Shown here in pieces: positions 45,432 through 54,554 of a stretch of 64,000 bases of DNA. The stretch's first letter is position 1, and every line of letters starts with the position of its first letter. The DNA lies in the IMG/VR virus record IMGVR_UViG_3300029705_000019, one strand, 5' to 3'. This stretch comes from a virus. Lineage: Duplodnaviria > Heunggongvirae > Uroviricota > Caudoviricetes. The notes under the pieces were generated by a model. It did not search any database, was not told the DNA's origin, and saw only the letters and a program-made list of their open reading frames with translations. The position numbers and the translations under genes were made by a program.

Positions 45432-45635
45432 TCATCTCTCCTGATTTACCCACTTTAATGCCTGAGGATATTTTAATCTTTCACCATTCTCAATTTCGAG
45501 CATTGGCATATGAGTGAGACCGAGAGAAAGCATCAACTGCACGTCATCAACCTCCTCATACTGAATTTTCTTTTCATCCAACAGCTCTTTGAGAGTGTTA
45601 CATAACGGGCAGTGGTTTGTATATAATTTGATCAT
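45432..45635 (-). CDS. glutaredoxin-like protein (NrdH-like)
   Basis: 67 aa. MIKLYTNHCPLCN carries a CxxC motif in thioredoxin-fold context. Confidence 0.55.
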   Translation of the reverse strand: MIKLYTNHCPLCNTLKELLDEKKIQYEEVDDVQLMLSLGLTHMPMLEIENGERLKYPQALKWVNQER

Positions 45636-45689
45636 CTAATTGAGTTCCTCCAATTTTTATCTTCGTACAATAAGATCAATTATTGTTAC

Positions 45690-45726
45690 ATATATTATAA
45701 TATGAAATAACTAATTGATCAACTTA
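45690..45726 (-). promoter_or_regulatory. consensus sigma70-type promoter (-35 TTGATC, N17, -10 TATAAT); last copy in window
   Basis: Plus-strand CATATATTATAATATG, then 17 nt, then GATCAACT. Confidence 0.55.
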
Positions 45727-45927
45727 CTGAGCTGTTAGTAACAACCCGATATTGTCACCAATAGCAACTATTCTACCGTAACGGTTTTTTGTTTGATTTA
45801 ATCTTTTATAGTAAGTGCCACAGTATCTACCATAACGGTCTGTGACCCTTTTATTACCTTGATTGTCTGTTTCAACAAACCCGATAATTTTTCCGTAAAA
45901 GTCTTTAATGGTTTCTCTTTTATTCAT
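45724..45927 (-). CDS. hypothetical protein (start trimmed)
   Basis: The ORF-track ORF 45724-46017 overlaps the upstream gene by 98 nt. The internal Met at 45927 lies just after that gene's stop. Confidence 0.4.
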   Translation of the reverse strand: MNKRETIKDFYGKIIGFVETDNQGNKRVTDRYGRYCGTYYKRLNQTKNRYGRIVAIGDNIGLLLTAQ

Positions 45928-46309
45928 CACCTGAGTCACCTTCAAAACTTGACTTAACAAACACCTTATCCACAGGATTAATGATGTTTTCTCGTATCTC
46001 ATCAAGCTCAACAACACGTGCTTGTGTTACCAATCGTTTTGGATTATTCAAAAACTTGTCAATTATTCTTTCAAGTTTATTCTGATTGTATTCAAATCTT
46101 GAATAACTACTATTAACATTGAATGGAAGTATATCAAGATCAGGAGTTGCGGGTCCATATTCTATTACTTCCGTCCAACCTAAGTCAGTTCCAATGATTA
46201 AATAATACTCTTCTCCAAAATCGTTGTTACCAACAATTACACATTGACCAATATTTTCAACGTCAAGTTGAGCTTCAATAACAACTCTTTGTAAATAATC
46301 AAATTTCAT
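45920..46309 (-). CDS. hypothetical protein
   Basis: 129-aa ORF. Confidence 0.5.
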   Translation of the reverse strand: MKFDYLQRVVIEAQLDVENIGQCVIVGNNDFGEEYYLIIGTDLGWTEVIEYGPATPDLDILPFNVNSSYSRFEYNQNKLERIIDKFLNNPKRLVTQARVVELDEIRENIINPVDKVFVKSSFEGDSGDE

Positions 46310-46311
46310 TC

Positions 46312-46920
46312 TTAAATAATTTCAAATGATCTAATTACACACTCATGAGCAATTCTAAATTCAAAAGATCCATCATCAAGAATTTTTTTATATTCACGTG
46401 AATGAATTTCACCTTGAATTTGAAGAGCCGTATTAATTGGTAATTTTGATAGTTCAATTGCTTCTTGTCCCCAAGCAATACAGGGAATATAAGAATTCAA
46501 TTTCTTTGATCCTTGACTAACAATTAAGTTATTTGCCAAAATCAAATGAATGTTATGTTTGCCGTTTTTTGTTTCACGAAGTGGTTCAATCTTACAAATA
46601 CGACCATCAAGCTGTAAACTATTAATATCTTCCTGATCGTTTTCATTCAATTCAGGTTGATCAAAATAAGTGAAAACATATAGATCCACTTTATTCTTTC
46701 CATTATCTAGTTTGGACGAATATGATCTAATATTACCACACAGAGTTACCTCTTGATTATCGACATAAGGATTCGAAAACTTCTTAAATCTCACATTGAT
46801 GATATCTTCTTTTCCATCCTTACGTTTAACAAGTAAATTTGCCTTATCAAACTCGATGCCTTGTATCACATGTGACGGTTCAATATTTGTAAGTATACCT
46901 TTTAGATTTACATTATTCAT
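46312..46920 (-). CDS. putative single-stranded DNA-binding (OB-fold) protein
   Basis: 202 aa. Call is based on position next to replication genes and a beta-rich composition. Weak. Confidence 0.3.
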   Translation of the reverse strand: MNNVNLKGILTNIEPSHVIQGIEFDKANLLVKRKDGKEDIINVRFKKFSNPYVDNQEVTLCGNIRSYSSKLDNGKNKVDLYVFTYFDQPELNENDQEDINSLQLDGRICKIEPLRETKNGKHNIHLILANNLIVSQGSKKLNSYIPCIAWGQEAIELSKLPINTALQIQGEIHSREYKKILDDGSFEFRIAHECVIRSFEII

Positions 46921-46935
46921 GTCCTTAATTCACCA

Positions 46936-47232
46936 TCACTTAAAAGTTTTCCATTTCAGACCAGAGCTGCCGAAATCATTTCCGAAATCTGATGCTTCAA
47001 ATGTAACAACATTATCTTCATCTTCACCTACTTGAAGTCTTATTACCCCGTCCTCCACAGTTTTGGTAAGCTCGGCAATATGTTTTTTATTACCTCTGAG
47101 AGCTTCGCCCTCAGTATTACCGATATAAAGATTTTTCTTCTCTGCGTTGTAAAAAGGCTCGCCTGTGTCAATCTTAACATCAGTATTTGAACTATCATTA
47201 ACGCGCCTTTTCAGTCTAATTTTTGTTGCCAT
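46936..47232 (-). CDS. hypothetical protein
   Basis: 98-aa ORF. Confidence 0.45.
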   Translation of the reverse strand: MATKIRLKRRVNDSSNTDVKIDTGEPFYNAEKKNLYIGNTEGEALRGNKKHIAELTKTVEDGVIRLQVGEDEDNVVTFEASDFGNDFGSSGLKWKTFK

Positions 47233-47260
47233 ATCTGTGATTCCTCAGCCCTTTAATAAT

Positions 47261-47914
47261 TTATTTCTGCTTAGGTTCCAAGATTGTTTCTCCTGATTTA
47301 ACACTTGCGATAAACTTTACAGCATCATCAATGTTTTTCAGATCCTCGTTGTTATCAATGTCTTCGGTTAACTGCTTTTGTGTTATATCCAACGCTTCGG
47401 CATACATCTTTAGCAGCTCTTCACGTTCCTCATCAGTTGCATTATCAAACATTTCATCAATTTCAAGACCAATGTCTGAAACTAGCATACCGTTGATATG
47501 ATCCATGCAGTGTTGGAAAACAAAAGCAGCTCTACCAGCTAACTTACCACCTTCGGCTTTACCCAAGGGTGTTGTGAAGAAAAACTTAACATTACCAAAT
47601 CGAGGCATGATGAATGTTTTGTTCGGAATGCTCGAACATGTTTCTCTGGAGAACTGGAACGCTGTGTTATTTTCAATTAACGGATTAATAAATGTTCTGT
47701 AGTCATTCTTGCCAAATCTAATACAAAACACACGATACCTGTAACCAATCTGCGGAGCTGTTAATGATTCCAGATCATGAGCTCTCATGGTTGCTTTTAG
47801 AGCAAGAATAATTTCCTGTAGTAACTTGCCCTCTTTACGAGTATCAATTTCAGTACACCACTCACTTAAAGTATCAACGTCAGTGATGATTTCTTTTTCA
47901 TGATTCAACTTCAT
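47261..47914 (-). CDS. def: peptide deformylase-like protein (catalytic Glu replaced by Cys)
   Basis: PDF motif 1 is LTAPQIG (G[IL]AAPQ[IV]G). Motif 2 is ETCSS (EGCLS). Motif 3 is FQHCMDHINGML (QHExDHLxG, with E changed to C). Confidence 0.55.
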   Translation of the reverse strand: MKLNHEKEIITDVDTLSEWCTEIDTRKEGKLLQEIILALKATMRAHDLESLTAPQIGYRYRVFCIRFGKNDYRTFINPLIENNTAFQFSRETCSSIPNKTFIMPRFGNVKFFFTTPLGKAEGGKLAGRAAFVFQHCMDHINGMLVSDIGLEIDEMFDNATDEEREELLKMYAEALDITQKQLTEDIDNNEDLKNIDDAVKFIASVKSGETILEPKQK

Positions 47915-47928
47915 AGTTTTCTACCTCT

Positions 47929-48192
47929 TCAATATTGAGTTACAACAAGTTTATATAAATCTTCATCCAAATCAGCTTGTAAAATGACCTGATATTTATC
48001 TGATGTATATGTCACGTTTGTTGTATGAATTGTTATTTGGCTTGTATCTTGTACTTCTTCAAGATCACTCTTTTCAAGTAAACTAAAATATTTACCGTAC
48101 TCATCATAATCTTTGATATCTACAACATACACACCATTCTTTGTGTATTCACCTTTTGCAGTAATACCTACACTCTTCAATAATTCTTCCAT
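47929..48192 (-). CDS. hypothetical protein
   Basis: 87-aa ORF. Confidence 0.45.
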   Translation of the reverse strand: MEELLKSVGITAKGEYTKNGVYVVDIKDYDEYGKYFSLLEKSDLEEVQDTSQITIHTTNVTYTSDKYQVILQADLDEDLYKLVVTQY

Positions 48193-48194
48193 GT

Positions 48195-48527
48195 TTACTT
48201 ACCCACATTTCTTAAAGCTTCATTATTTTCCTCAATAACAGCATCAGCTGTATTTGATTTATCAATTGACTGCAATAATTTTTTATTCATTGATTCGTAT
48301 TTTGCAACCTTTTCTTTTCTTGTTGGCTGATTAAGTAAGAACATCATGTATGACCAACGTTGAAAATTAACTTTAATAGGCTCAATTTGTTCTTTTAATC
48401 GGTCAATTCTTTCAGGCTCAACAATACCTTTTGCACACTCTGCTTCAAGATCTCTGATGTTTTCAAGCATTTCAGAATATTGATCGCATATCTGATTGTA
48501 GTAGTTTCTAACATCTTTTACTGACAT
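48195..48527 (-). CDS. hypothetical protein
   Basis: 110-aa ORF. Confidence 0.45.
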   Translation of the reverse strand: MSVKDVRNYYNQICDQYSEMLENIRDLEAECAKGIVEPERIDRLKEQIEPIKVNFQRWSYMMFLLNQPTRKEKVAKYESMNKKLLQSIDKSNTADAVIEENNEALRNVGK

Positions 48528-48584
48528 AAAAGTTTCCTCTTAATATAAATTTATATACAATTTGTTAGTAGTATGATTCAACAA

Positions 48585-48640
48585 AAAAGCTCAATTATAC
48601 TTGGCGGATGCTAGTTATATCAAGTATAATTGAGCTTATA
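48585..48640. repeat. perfect 17-bp inverted repeat (large hairpin) in intergenic region
   Basis: AAGCTCAATTATACTTG-N17-CAAGTATAATTGAGCTT. Confidence 0.6.
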
Positions 48641-48687
48641 TTCTATATTAACTATTCATCCATAAATTATCTTAACAACTTTAATGT

Positions 48688-49131
48688 TTAGCGGAAAAAA
48701 TAATTCCAGAAGTTTCTTTGCATATGATTTAACTCATCAAGAGTTTTTGTAAATTCATTTGCAGCATCTTTACCAGTGTAGTATCTGGTGTACGGACCGT
48801 AAGCCTCATTGAATTTACGGATTGCCTCATATCGATCTGCTTCTGCATCTTTTACAGCTTTTTCAGCAGGTTTTAGAATTGCATCAATATCTTCCAAAAA
48901 TTTCTTCGATAATTCTTCAACTTTCTTCTTTGCTAGTTCATACTGAGCTCTGCAATCCTCAACCACAGCATCAGCTTTTTCAATATTTGCAACAAATTGT
49001 TTCTTTGTTGTTGCCTCTTCTAGCTTCTTAGTTTCTTCTGCAAGCTTCTTTTTTGCAACAGCCGCTTCTGCATCTTTAAGCGCATCTTCAGACTCATAAA
49101 GCTTCTTTGTTACGTCACTAAAGTATTTCAT
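48688..49131 (-). CDS. coiled-coil protein
   Basis: Lys/Glu/Ala-rich heptad-like sequence. Confidence 0.5.
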   Translation of the reverse strand: MKYFSDVTKKLYESEDALKDAEAAVAKKKLAEETKKLEEATTKKQFVANIEKADAVVEDCRAQYELAKKKVEELSKKFLEDIDAILKPAEKAVKDAEADRYEAIRKFNEAYGPYTRYYTGKDAANEFTKTLDELNHMQRNFWNYFFR

Positions 49132-49216
49132 TCGTTTTCTCCTTATCTGTAAACCTTACTATTTACAGCCTTATAAAAAATTTATTTTACAACTGTTTTT
49201 TAACAGCTATATTCAA

Positions 49217-50413
49217 TTATTTAAGAACAATTCTATATATACATTCACATACATTATCTGGTGTTGCAACAATTAATGTTTGTGAAGGGTCACTTGTTAC
49301 TCTTAATTTTTCTGCATAACGGTCAACACCCATCAATGAACTATTTGAAACAACCATCGACATATGTTGCTCATCAGCCGAAAAGTGATGTAGATGCGCA
49401 GTACATAACAAGTCATAATGTCTGTGCGTCATCAAACTTAGTTTATCAAGAGCATTAACAGGTCGGTCATTGTCACCATGGACGCCAATAATATCATGAC
49501 CGAGAACATTACAAGTAATGATGTCAGCACCGAATTCGTTGTCACAAACACGAACGCGTTTATTTTGAGCTAATCTCTCTTTTAAGTACCACGGAATGAT
49601 TCTCACCAATGATTCAAGATCCATTGAATCATTTTTATTTGGCTCAAGTCTAGAATGGTTATCAAGACAGTCATAGTAATCAACTTCACAACAAACTGAC
49701 AATTCATTTAAGAATTCAGCTAGTATTTCAGAAACTTCCATTACCTGAGTAATAACATCAAATCTGCTTTCAATACGAATTTGTGTATGTATACGACCTG
49801 CAATCAGGTCTGATAAGTTCAATACTGTTACTTTCTTTAGACTTTCTTTTTCAATAATTTCAAAAGTCTTATTAAGTAACTTGCTAACTCTTTTACGACA
49901 AATTTCTGGATTATATATATTCCATGGATTATCGCAAATCATACCATAATGCCAATCTGATAAAAGAAGAATACCCTCATTCTTTGATGTATAAACAAAG
50001 TGGTTATCATATTCTTCAAGTCTTTTTCTCGTGCTCATTGTCTGTGCATATTCACGAGCTATTTCGCGAATTGTTTCTTCACGAGACATTCTTGCAATTT
50101 TTGAGTTAACATAAGCTCTTTCGTCTCGTAGCTTAACTCTTTCAGACTTCAATTTATAAACTTCATCAAATTCTTCAACATTGCAGGTTGCATATGTAGT
50201 TGTAGCTTCAGGAATACTAATAAAGTTTCCTGCTATGTAGTTTTTTCTGTAATATGATTCAGAATATGTGTATCCAAATTTTTCATTAAACATCTGTTGA
50301 AGTTGTTTCCAACTTAAATTCAAAATATCTTTGTTGGCACATATTCGTTGAATATATTCCATTTTAGTTTCCGTTGCTGACATTTCTAAATCAGCATTGT
50401 AGGTAACAACCAT
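49217..50413 (-). CDS. hypothetical protein with metallophosphoesterase-like motifs
   Basis: LLLSDWHYG (DxH), DNHSR (GNH[DE]-like) and GHDIIGVHGD. Weak. Confidence 0.35.
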   Translation of the reverse strand: MVVTYNADLEMSATETKMEYIQRICANKDILNLSWKQLQQMFNEKFGYTYSESYYRKNYIAGNFISIPEATTTYATCNVEEFDEVYKLKSERVKLRDERAYVNSKIARMSREETIREIAREYAQTMSTRKRLEEYDNHFVYTSKNEGILLLSDWHYGMICDNPWNIYNPEICRKRVSKLLNKTFEIIEKESLKKVTVLNLSDLIAGRIHTQIRIESRFDVITQVMEVSEILAEFLNELSVCCEVDYYDCLDNHSRLEPNKNDSMDLESLVRIIPWYLKERLAQNKRVRVCDNEFGADIITCNVLGHDIIGVHGDNDRPVNALDKLSLMTHRHYDLLCTAHLHHFSADEQHMSMVVSNSSLMGVDRYAEKLRVTSDPSQTLIVATPDNVCECIYRIVLK

Positions 50414-50417
50414 TGTT

Positions 50418-50960
50418 TTATTTGTTCTCCTCTGTTACAGAATTTAATTCTTCTATTGCACTTTCAGGGTCAATATAAACAATATTTTCTGTCTCTTGAG
50501 GAGTTTCTTGTACAATAGTTTGAGCTTGTTTCAATGTTTGTTGAACTGCCTCAAGTATTCTTTGTTTTGCTTCTCTATCAAATGTGTCACCAATGTTTAC
50601 ATTGATTTGTGTGTTGTTTTGCTGTAAAATTTTTGGTGGCTCTTCAACTTGTGTTAAATTCTTTGTTGATGTGTCAATTGCACCTTGTACAGCTTTCATG
50701 TAATCCAAAACATCAGAATTACTAAATTGATCAGCTCGAGTCTTAAATCGCAGAACCATTTGATCTGTAACATCATCATATAGTTCATTTAATTTAACAA
50801 CACGAGCTGTATTCTTTTTTGAAATGTACCAGTTGAATAACTCAACAAGTTGTTTTGACTTTGCTGGGTCTGATTCAGCTACCACTTGATTTGCCAGTTC
50901 AGCAATCTTTGTATCTAAATCAGTGTTATCAACAACAGATTTTGTCTGGTCTTCATTCAT
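50418..50960 (-). CDS. hypothetical protein
   Basis: 180-aa ORF. Confidence 0.5.
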   Translation of the reverse strand: MNEDQTKSVVDNTDLDTKIAELANQVVAESDPAKSKQLVELFNWYISKKNTARVVKLNELYDDVTDQMVLRFKTRADQFSNSDVLDYMKAVQGAIDTSTKNLTQVEEPPKILQQNNTQINVNIGDTFDREAKQRILEAVQQTLKQAQTIVQETPQETENIVYIDPESAIEELNSVTEENK

Positions 50961-51283
50961 AGCAAATCTTTATATGTGTTTTCAATTCGTTCTTTCAACG
51001 CTGCATCAAGCCCCTGAACAATGGGGGATGTTTTTGTTTGAACGGTTCTTGAAACACTCTCCTCAAGTTTTTTTGAAGGTATGAATTTATATTTTATTTC
51101 ATCACCTTCATATTTTATATACAATGTACCGAACCCCAGCTCCATTTCAATCGGGTTATTTCCCTCTAAAATTCCTTCATACACACAATGACATATAGCT
51201 TGAATAGTTCTGTCGTTCAACATTGCTAATGAATTTACTGATATTGAAGTGAGAGCAGCAACATCATCAATAATTTTGTTCAT
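50957..51283 (-). CDS. hypothetical protein
   Basis: 108-aa ORF. Confidence 0.45.
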   Translation of the reverse strand: MNKIIDDVAALTSISVNSLAMLNDRTIQAICHCVYEGILEGNNPIEMELGFGTLYIKYEGDEIKYKFIPSKKLEESVSRTVQTKTSPIVQGLDAALKERIENTYKDLL

Positions 51284-51522
51284 CGTTTCTTTTGATTTAT
51301 CTTTCTCATTACATTTAGTTCATTACGTCTTTTCAAGTAACCTAAACTTAACTCAAGTTCATGGTTATATGTTTCAAAAGATTTGTCAAGCCGCTCTTTA
51401 ACAGCTTGTAATAAAATTGCATCTCTATCTTTTCTTTTATATTGTTGTAATGTTTCAAGGGCTTTGTTACAAAAATACTTAAGTTCCATTATACACCCTT
51501 GATGTAAATTCATATTGTTCAA
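51280..51522 (-). CDS. hypothetical protein
   Basis: 80-aa ORF. Confidence 0.4.
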   Translation of the reverse strand: MNNMNLHQGCIMELKYFCNKALETLQQYKRKDRDAILLQAVKERLDKSFETYNHELELSLGYLKRRNELNVMRKINQKKR

Positions 51523-51865
51523 GAACCTCTTGAATCTTCAAGTACGACTTTTTAACTTCTTTCATATCAATATTATTTCGTGCCACCATCTCAAGTGCAT
51601 TGTCATAATTGATTTTTTCAATTACAACGTACTGATAAAGTAACAATCCATAAACAATGTTTTCAAACTCTTCGACTGTTGGTATTGTAATCGTACATCC
51701 ACCAAAATATTCGCAGAGCTTTAACATATTTTTCTGATCAAGAATGTATGCTAATTCACTTAAACATGAATACTCGGGAATATCTTTTACTTTAAATAGT
51801 ACAAAGAGAATCAAGCTCCACAGGTCGGACTCTTTAAGTTTTCCAAGTTCAGTTTTTATTCTCAT
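51479..51865 (-). CDS. hypothetical protein
   Basis: 128-aa ORF. Confidence 0.45.
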   Translation of the reverse strand: MRIKTELGKLKESDLWSLILFVLFKVKDIPEYSCLSELAYILDQKNMLKLCEYFGGCTITIPTVEEFENIVYGLLLYQYVVIEKINYDNALEMVARNNIDMKEVKKSYLKIQEVLEQYEFTSRVYNGT

Positions 51866-52692
51866 TGGGTATCTTCCTCTTTATCAAATGCCGCCCAGAT
51901 CAAACTTTTTGTTGTTGACTCAGCTGATTCAGTTATATGTTCTCGCCAACCTATTTCTGATGCAAGAACATGTCGCAACTCATTAACAAGAACCTTTACA
52001 TAGTTTGACATTTTTTCAGGCAAATGATATAAAATTGGCGGATCTAATCGTAGTTCTGAATACAACCCATTGATAACAGATAAATCATCAATTTTTGTTT
52101 TGAACCTTTCTCTTTGATTAGCTGTTAAAGTAATTGAATTCATCAATGTTAACATACAACTTATGTAGATATTTGTCCACTCTGAGCTTCTCTTCTTGTA
52201 CGGAATTTTTAGTAAGTGAGCTTTAACAATGTCAGCTACATGACTTAATGCTAATGAAAATTCAACTCTATCAAACATACTAGTTGACTCTGAAACAAAT
52301 GTCCCAAGATTAAAATTACTAACAGGTAGAATATCAATATTCTTATCCATAATCTTAAATTGTAATTCAAAATCAACTTTATACGGATAAATAATTTTCT
52401 TCATGTAATTAAGAATACTCTTAATTATTTTCATTTTAGGCTGACCATTCTCATTCAATTCAAACTGTTGTTTATTCCTCAATCTCATAAATAGTCTTGA
52501 AGCTGTATACAAACAAAATGAATCATAGTCATTAGCACAAGAAAAATAACCAGCTAACCCAGAAAGCATGAACGCTAAATGATATAAATATTCATATAGC
52601 ATGTCATCAGGGCAATCATCTTTATAAACATTTTCATCAATCCATATAGCCATTTCAGTAAAGGTTTTGTCGTCTGGCTTTGTATAGGTCAT
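51862..52692 (-). CDS. hypothetical protein
   Basis: 276-aa ORF. Confidence 0.5.
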   Translation of the reverse strand: MTYTKPDDKTFTEMAIWIDENVYKDDCPDDMLYEYLYHLAFMLSGLAGYFSCANDYDSFCLYTASRLFMRLRNKQQFELNENGQPKMKIIKSILNYMKKIIYPYKVDFELQFKIMDKNIDILPVSNFNLGTFVSESTSMFDRVEFSLALSHVADIVKAHLLKIPYKKRSSEWTNIYISCMLTLMNSITLTANQRERFKTKIDDLSVINGLYSELRLDPPILYHLPEKMSNYVKVLVNELRHVLASEIGWREHITESAESTTKSLIWAAFDKEEDTQ

Positions 52693-54551
52693 CTTAATTC
52701 ACTAATTCCATTAATTGATTTAACAACAAGCAATTCTTTATCGGAAGGAATTGACAAATCTTTTCTATGAGTTACAATGAATATATTTTTGATATCATTG
52801 ATGGCAGATATAACATCAAGTACTTTTTGACAACCAATCATATCAAGTGCATCAAACACCTCATCAAGAACAATAATATTACTTGAGAAGCCCAGATGAG
52901 CACATAGCATATCTCTAATGGAAAATTGAACAATCAAATCAACTTTTTGTTTTTCACCACCAGATAGATTTTCATAAGATTTTGTTAAATATGTAATCTC
53001 AATATTATTTCCATCAAGCTCAAATCCAATATTTTCAGTCTCAAAAATTATCTTTGAATACATCTTTGCACGTGTTTGAATATATTCAATTACTGATGAT
53101 AAAAGATGTCCTCTAAAGTCTCGTTTAAGAGCTGTATCAAACTTTGATTGTATCTCTAGCTTTGATTTGATTAGATCTGCTTGTGTATTGTTATACAATA
53201 CAAGCTCTTCAAGCTCTTGGATTTGAATAGTATTTTCGGAAATAATTTTTTGATGACTCTCAATGGTTGCATTGAGTTGTGTTAAACTTACAACAACAGT
53301 TTGATATCTATTATCTAGTTGCTGTAAATCATAGTTTCGCTGATTAAATTTATTTGTTAACTCTCTTAGTTCTTTTTCATTTTCAGTTATACTTTTTAAT
53401 AAACCTGATTCAGCTGATTCTTTGTTTGAATCATTCAATGTAATTTCTGTTTGTTGTCTGTTTCTAACTTCAACTAATTTATTGGAAACAACATCGAGGT
53501 CATTTTTTGTCGATTGAAGTTGACTTTCAATGTCTGATGTATCTGGTTTTATAACATCGGGTAATCGTTGTCCACATGTGGGACAGACATCTTTGATTGA
53601 CTTCAGTCGAGTCAGTTCACGCTGCAATGAATTTATCATTGCATTTAATTCACTTGATTTAGCTGTTAAATCATCAATCTGTGGCTTGTATGTGTCAAAG
53701 ATTGTTTGTTTTCGATTCATGAATTCGGCTGTTATCTTATTTAACTCTTCAGTTAAATGATTTTTTGCTGTGGTATATTCATTAATATCATGAGTCAAGC
53801 ATTCACAGTCTTTTTTCAATACAGTAATTTGCTCTGTATAGGATGCAGCTGCGGATTCAAGATCTTCTTTGTTCAAAGATTGAATTGTAATTTTTGATTG
53901 TTCAATTTGTGATGACAAAATTTCTTTCTTGCTTGTTGCAGATACAACAGCATCTTGATGTACTCTTAGCTGTGTATTCAGTTCTGACTTTCTAGCTGAA
54001 ACACGGTTCTTAAGATCTTCAATCATGAAATCGGATTTCGATAATTTCTCAAGAACTTCTTTTCTACCGCTTGGTGTGTTATTTGTAAATTTTTGAGGTA
54101 AACCTTGACCTAGTATGATAACAGATCCGAGAAGCGATGCAGTAATATCAGGAAGATATTCGGCAAGAAGTTTTTCTGAATCGCGAATTCCTTTACCTGA
54201 ACAATCCTGACCATCGATAACAATCTTAAGATTTGTTTTTAATACTTTGTGGTCTTTTGAACGAGTTATTAGATAATGTTTTGAATCTACATAGAACTCA
54301 AGTTCAACAAAAGTACCATCATCACCATAAATGTTTGATACCTGTTTAGTTCCACGAATTGTATCACCTGTTAGTGCCCACGTAATACTTTCCCACAAAC
54401 TTGATTTACCACTACCGTTACTAACAGCAAGATCATCAGGATTCTCATTGATGCCACTAACCTTAATAAATCCATCATCTGTTATGTTAAGTACTGCATC
54501 ACCAAAACTTAAAAAATTATGTAATGTAACTTTTTTGAATTCAATTCTCAT
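52689..54551 (-). CDS. sbcC: SbcC/Rad50-like recombination ATPase (T4 gp46 analog)
   Basis: Walker A SNGSGKSSLWESI. Long coiled coils. Central CPTCGQ zinc hook. C-terminal signature/D-loop region LSGGEKQK...LDEVFD. Confidence 0.8.
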   Translation of the reverse strand: MRIEFKKVTLHNFLSFGDAVLNITDDGFIKVSGINENPDDLAVSNGSGKSSLWESITWALTGDTIRGTKQVSNIYGDDGTFVELEFYVDSKHYLITRSKDHKVLKTNLKIVIDGQDCSGKGIRDSEKLLAEYLPDITASLLGSVIILGQGLPQKFTNNTPSGRKEVLEKLSKSDFMIEDLKNRVSARKSELNTQLRVHQDAVVSATSKKEILSSQIEQSKITIQSLNKEDLESAAASYTEQITVLKKDCECLTHDINEYTTAKNHLTEELNKITAEFMNRKQTIFDTYKPQIDDLTAKSSELNAMINSLQRELTRLKSIKDVCPTCGQRLPDVIKPDTSDIESQLQSTKNDLDVVSNKLVEVRNRQQTEITLNDSNKESAESGLLKSITENEKELRELTNKFNQRNYDLQQLDNRYQTVVVSLTQLNATIESHQKIISENTIQIQELEELVLYNNTQADLIKSKLEIQSKFDTALKRDFRGHLLSSVIEYIQTRAKMYSKIIFETENIGFELDGNNIEITYLTKSYENLSGGEKQKVDLIVQFSIRDMLCAHLGFSSNIIVLDEVFDALDMIGCQKVLDVISAINDIKNIFIVTHRKDLSIPSDKELLVVKSINGISELR

Positions 54552-54554
54552 AGA

